Origin: Bigelowiella natans CCMP2755
Lineage: Eukaryota > Protista > Cercozoa
Assembly: GCA_000320545.1 (NCBI GenBank)
Contig: ADNK01002560.1
Coordinates: 1 to 54,318, forward strand
Length of the DNA stretch: 54,318 nucleotides
Reading direction: 5' to 3'
Within the stretch, counting starts at the first letter, position 1. The number at the start of each line of letters is the position of its first letter. This document shows, piece by piece, positions 53,897-54,318 of the stretch. The notes under the pieces are model-generated. The model made no database searches. It had not been told where the DNA came from and worked only from the letters and a program-made list of their open reading frames with translations. The position numbers and the translations under genes were made by a program.

Positions 53897-54318
53897 GTGT
53901 GTGCGTGTGTGTCACAGAATCACTACAAATGAATATTAAATACGGGTGCATATGCAGGGCAATCAAATGTTGTTGCTGTTATTCGTGTGTTCCCTTGCAG
54001 TGTATTAGCGGCCAGGAAGCTTGATAGTAAAGCACGCCCCCCCACCCCTTTCGATCACTGGTCTACCTGTCCTTCGATGGAGAACTAGAGACACGCTCGC
54101 CTCTCCTCCACTGCCAAGGGGTTTTACTTTCCGATAAAGATCCAACGGGCCTTCAATTCAGTGAATGATGATATGACTCGCAGCCGATGATGGTGATATA
54201 TGTATGTTTCACAGCATTGCTTTGGAGCGAAGAACACGCGTGTTTTTAAGGACCATCCCTCTCCTTTTCCTCCGGCTATTAAAGGGGCAACGATGGGAGA
54301 CGATACGAACCCCCCCCC

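Overview
Eukaryotic, intron-rich nuclear DNA, probably from an alga with a secondary plastid (chlorarachniophyte-like; this is inference from a signal-plus-transit-type presequence and the gene architecture). About 12 spliced genes could be reconstructed by hand: a low-complexity unknown protein, a TauE/SafE-family permease, a U-box plus SEL1-repeat protein, an unknown protein, LLPH, a ubiquitin-like-fused RTF2, a presequence-bearing fructosamine kinase, a GRIPAP1/CCDC186-like coiled-coil protein, meiotic ZIP4/SPO22/TEX11, another unknown protein, an FHA-kinase lacking its N-lobe, and a PUB-domain protein. The first nine genes alternate strictly in strand. Most ORF-track entries are microsatellite artefacts. 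The most striking signal is non-genic: discrete repeat-like blocks (37.3-38.1, 41.1-41.5, 43.0-44.8 and 50.0-51.0 kb) are almost emptied of the TpA dinucleotide. One 1.8-kb block retains a single TA. Surviving TAs are mostly in CTAG, CpG is retained, and duplicated segments differ by TG versus CA at homologous sites. This points to a repeat-targeted A-to-G (TpA to TpG/CpA) hypermutation process, a 'reverse RIP' type of genome defence. All counts are manual and all exon boundaries are hand-derived and approximate.
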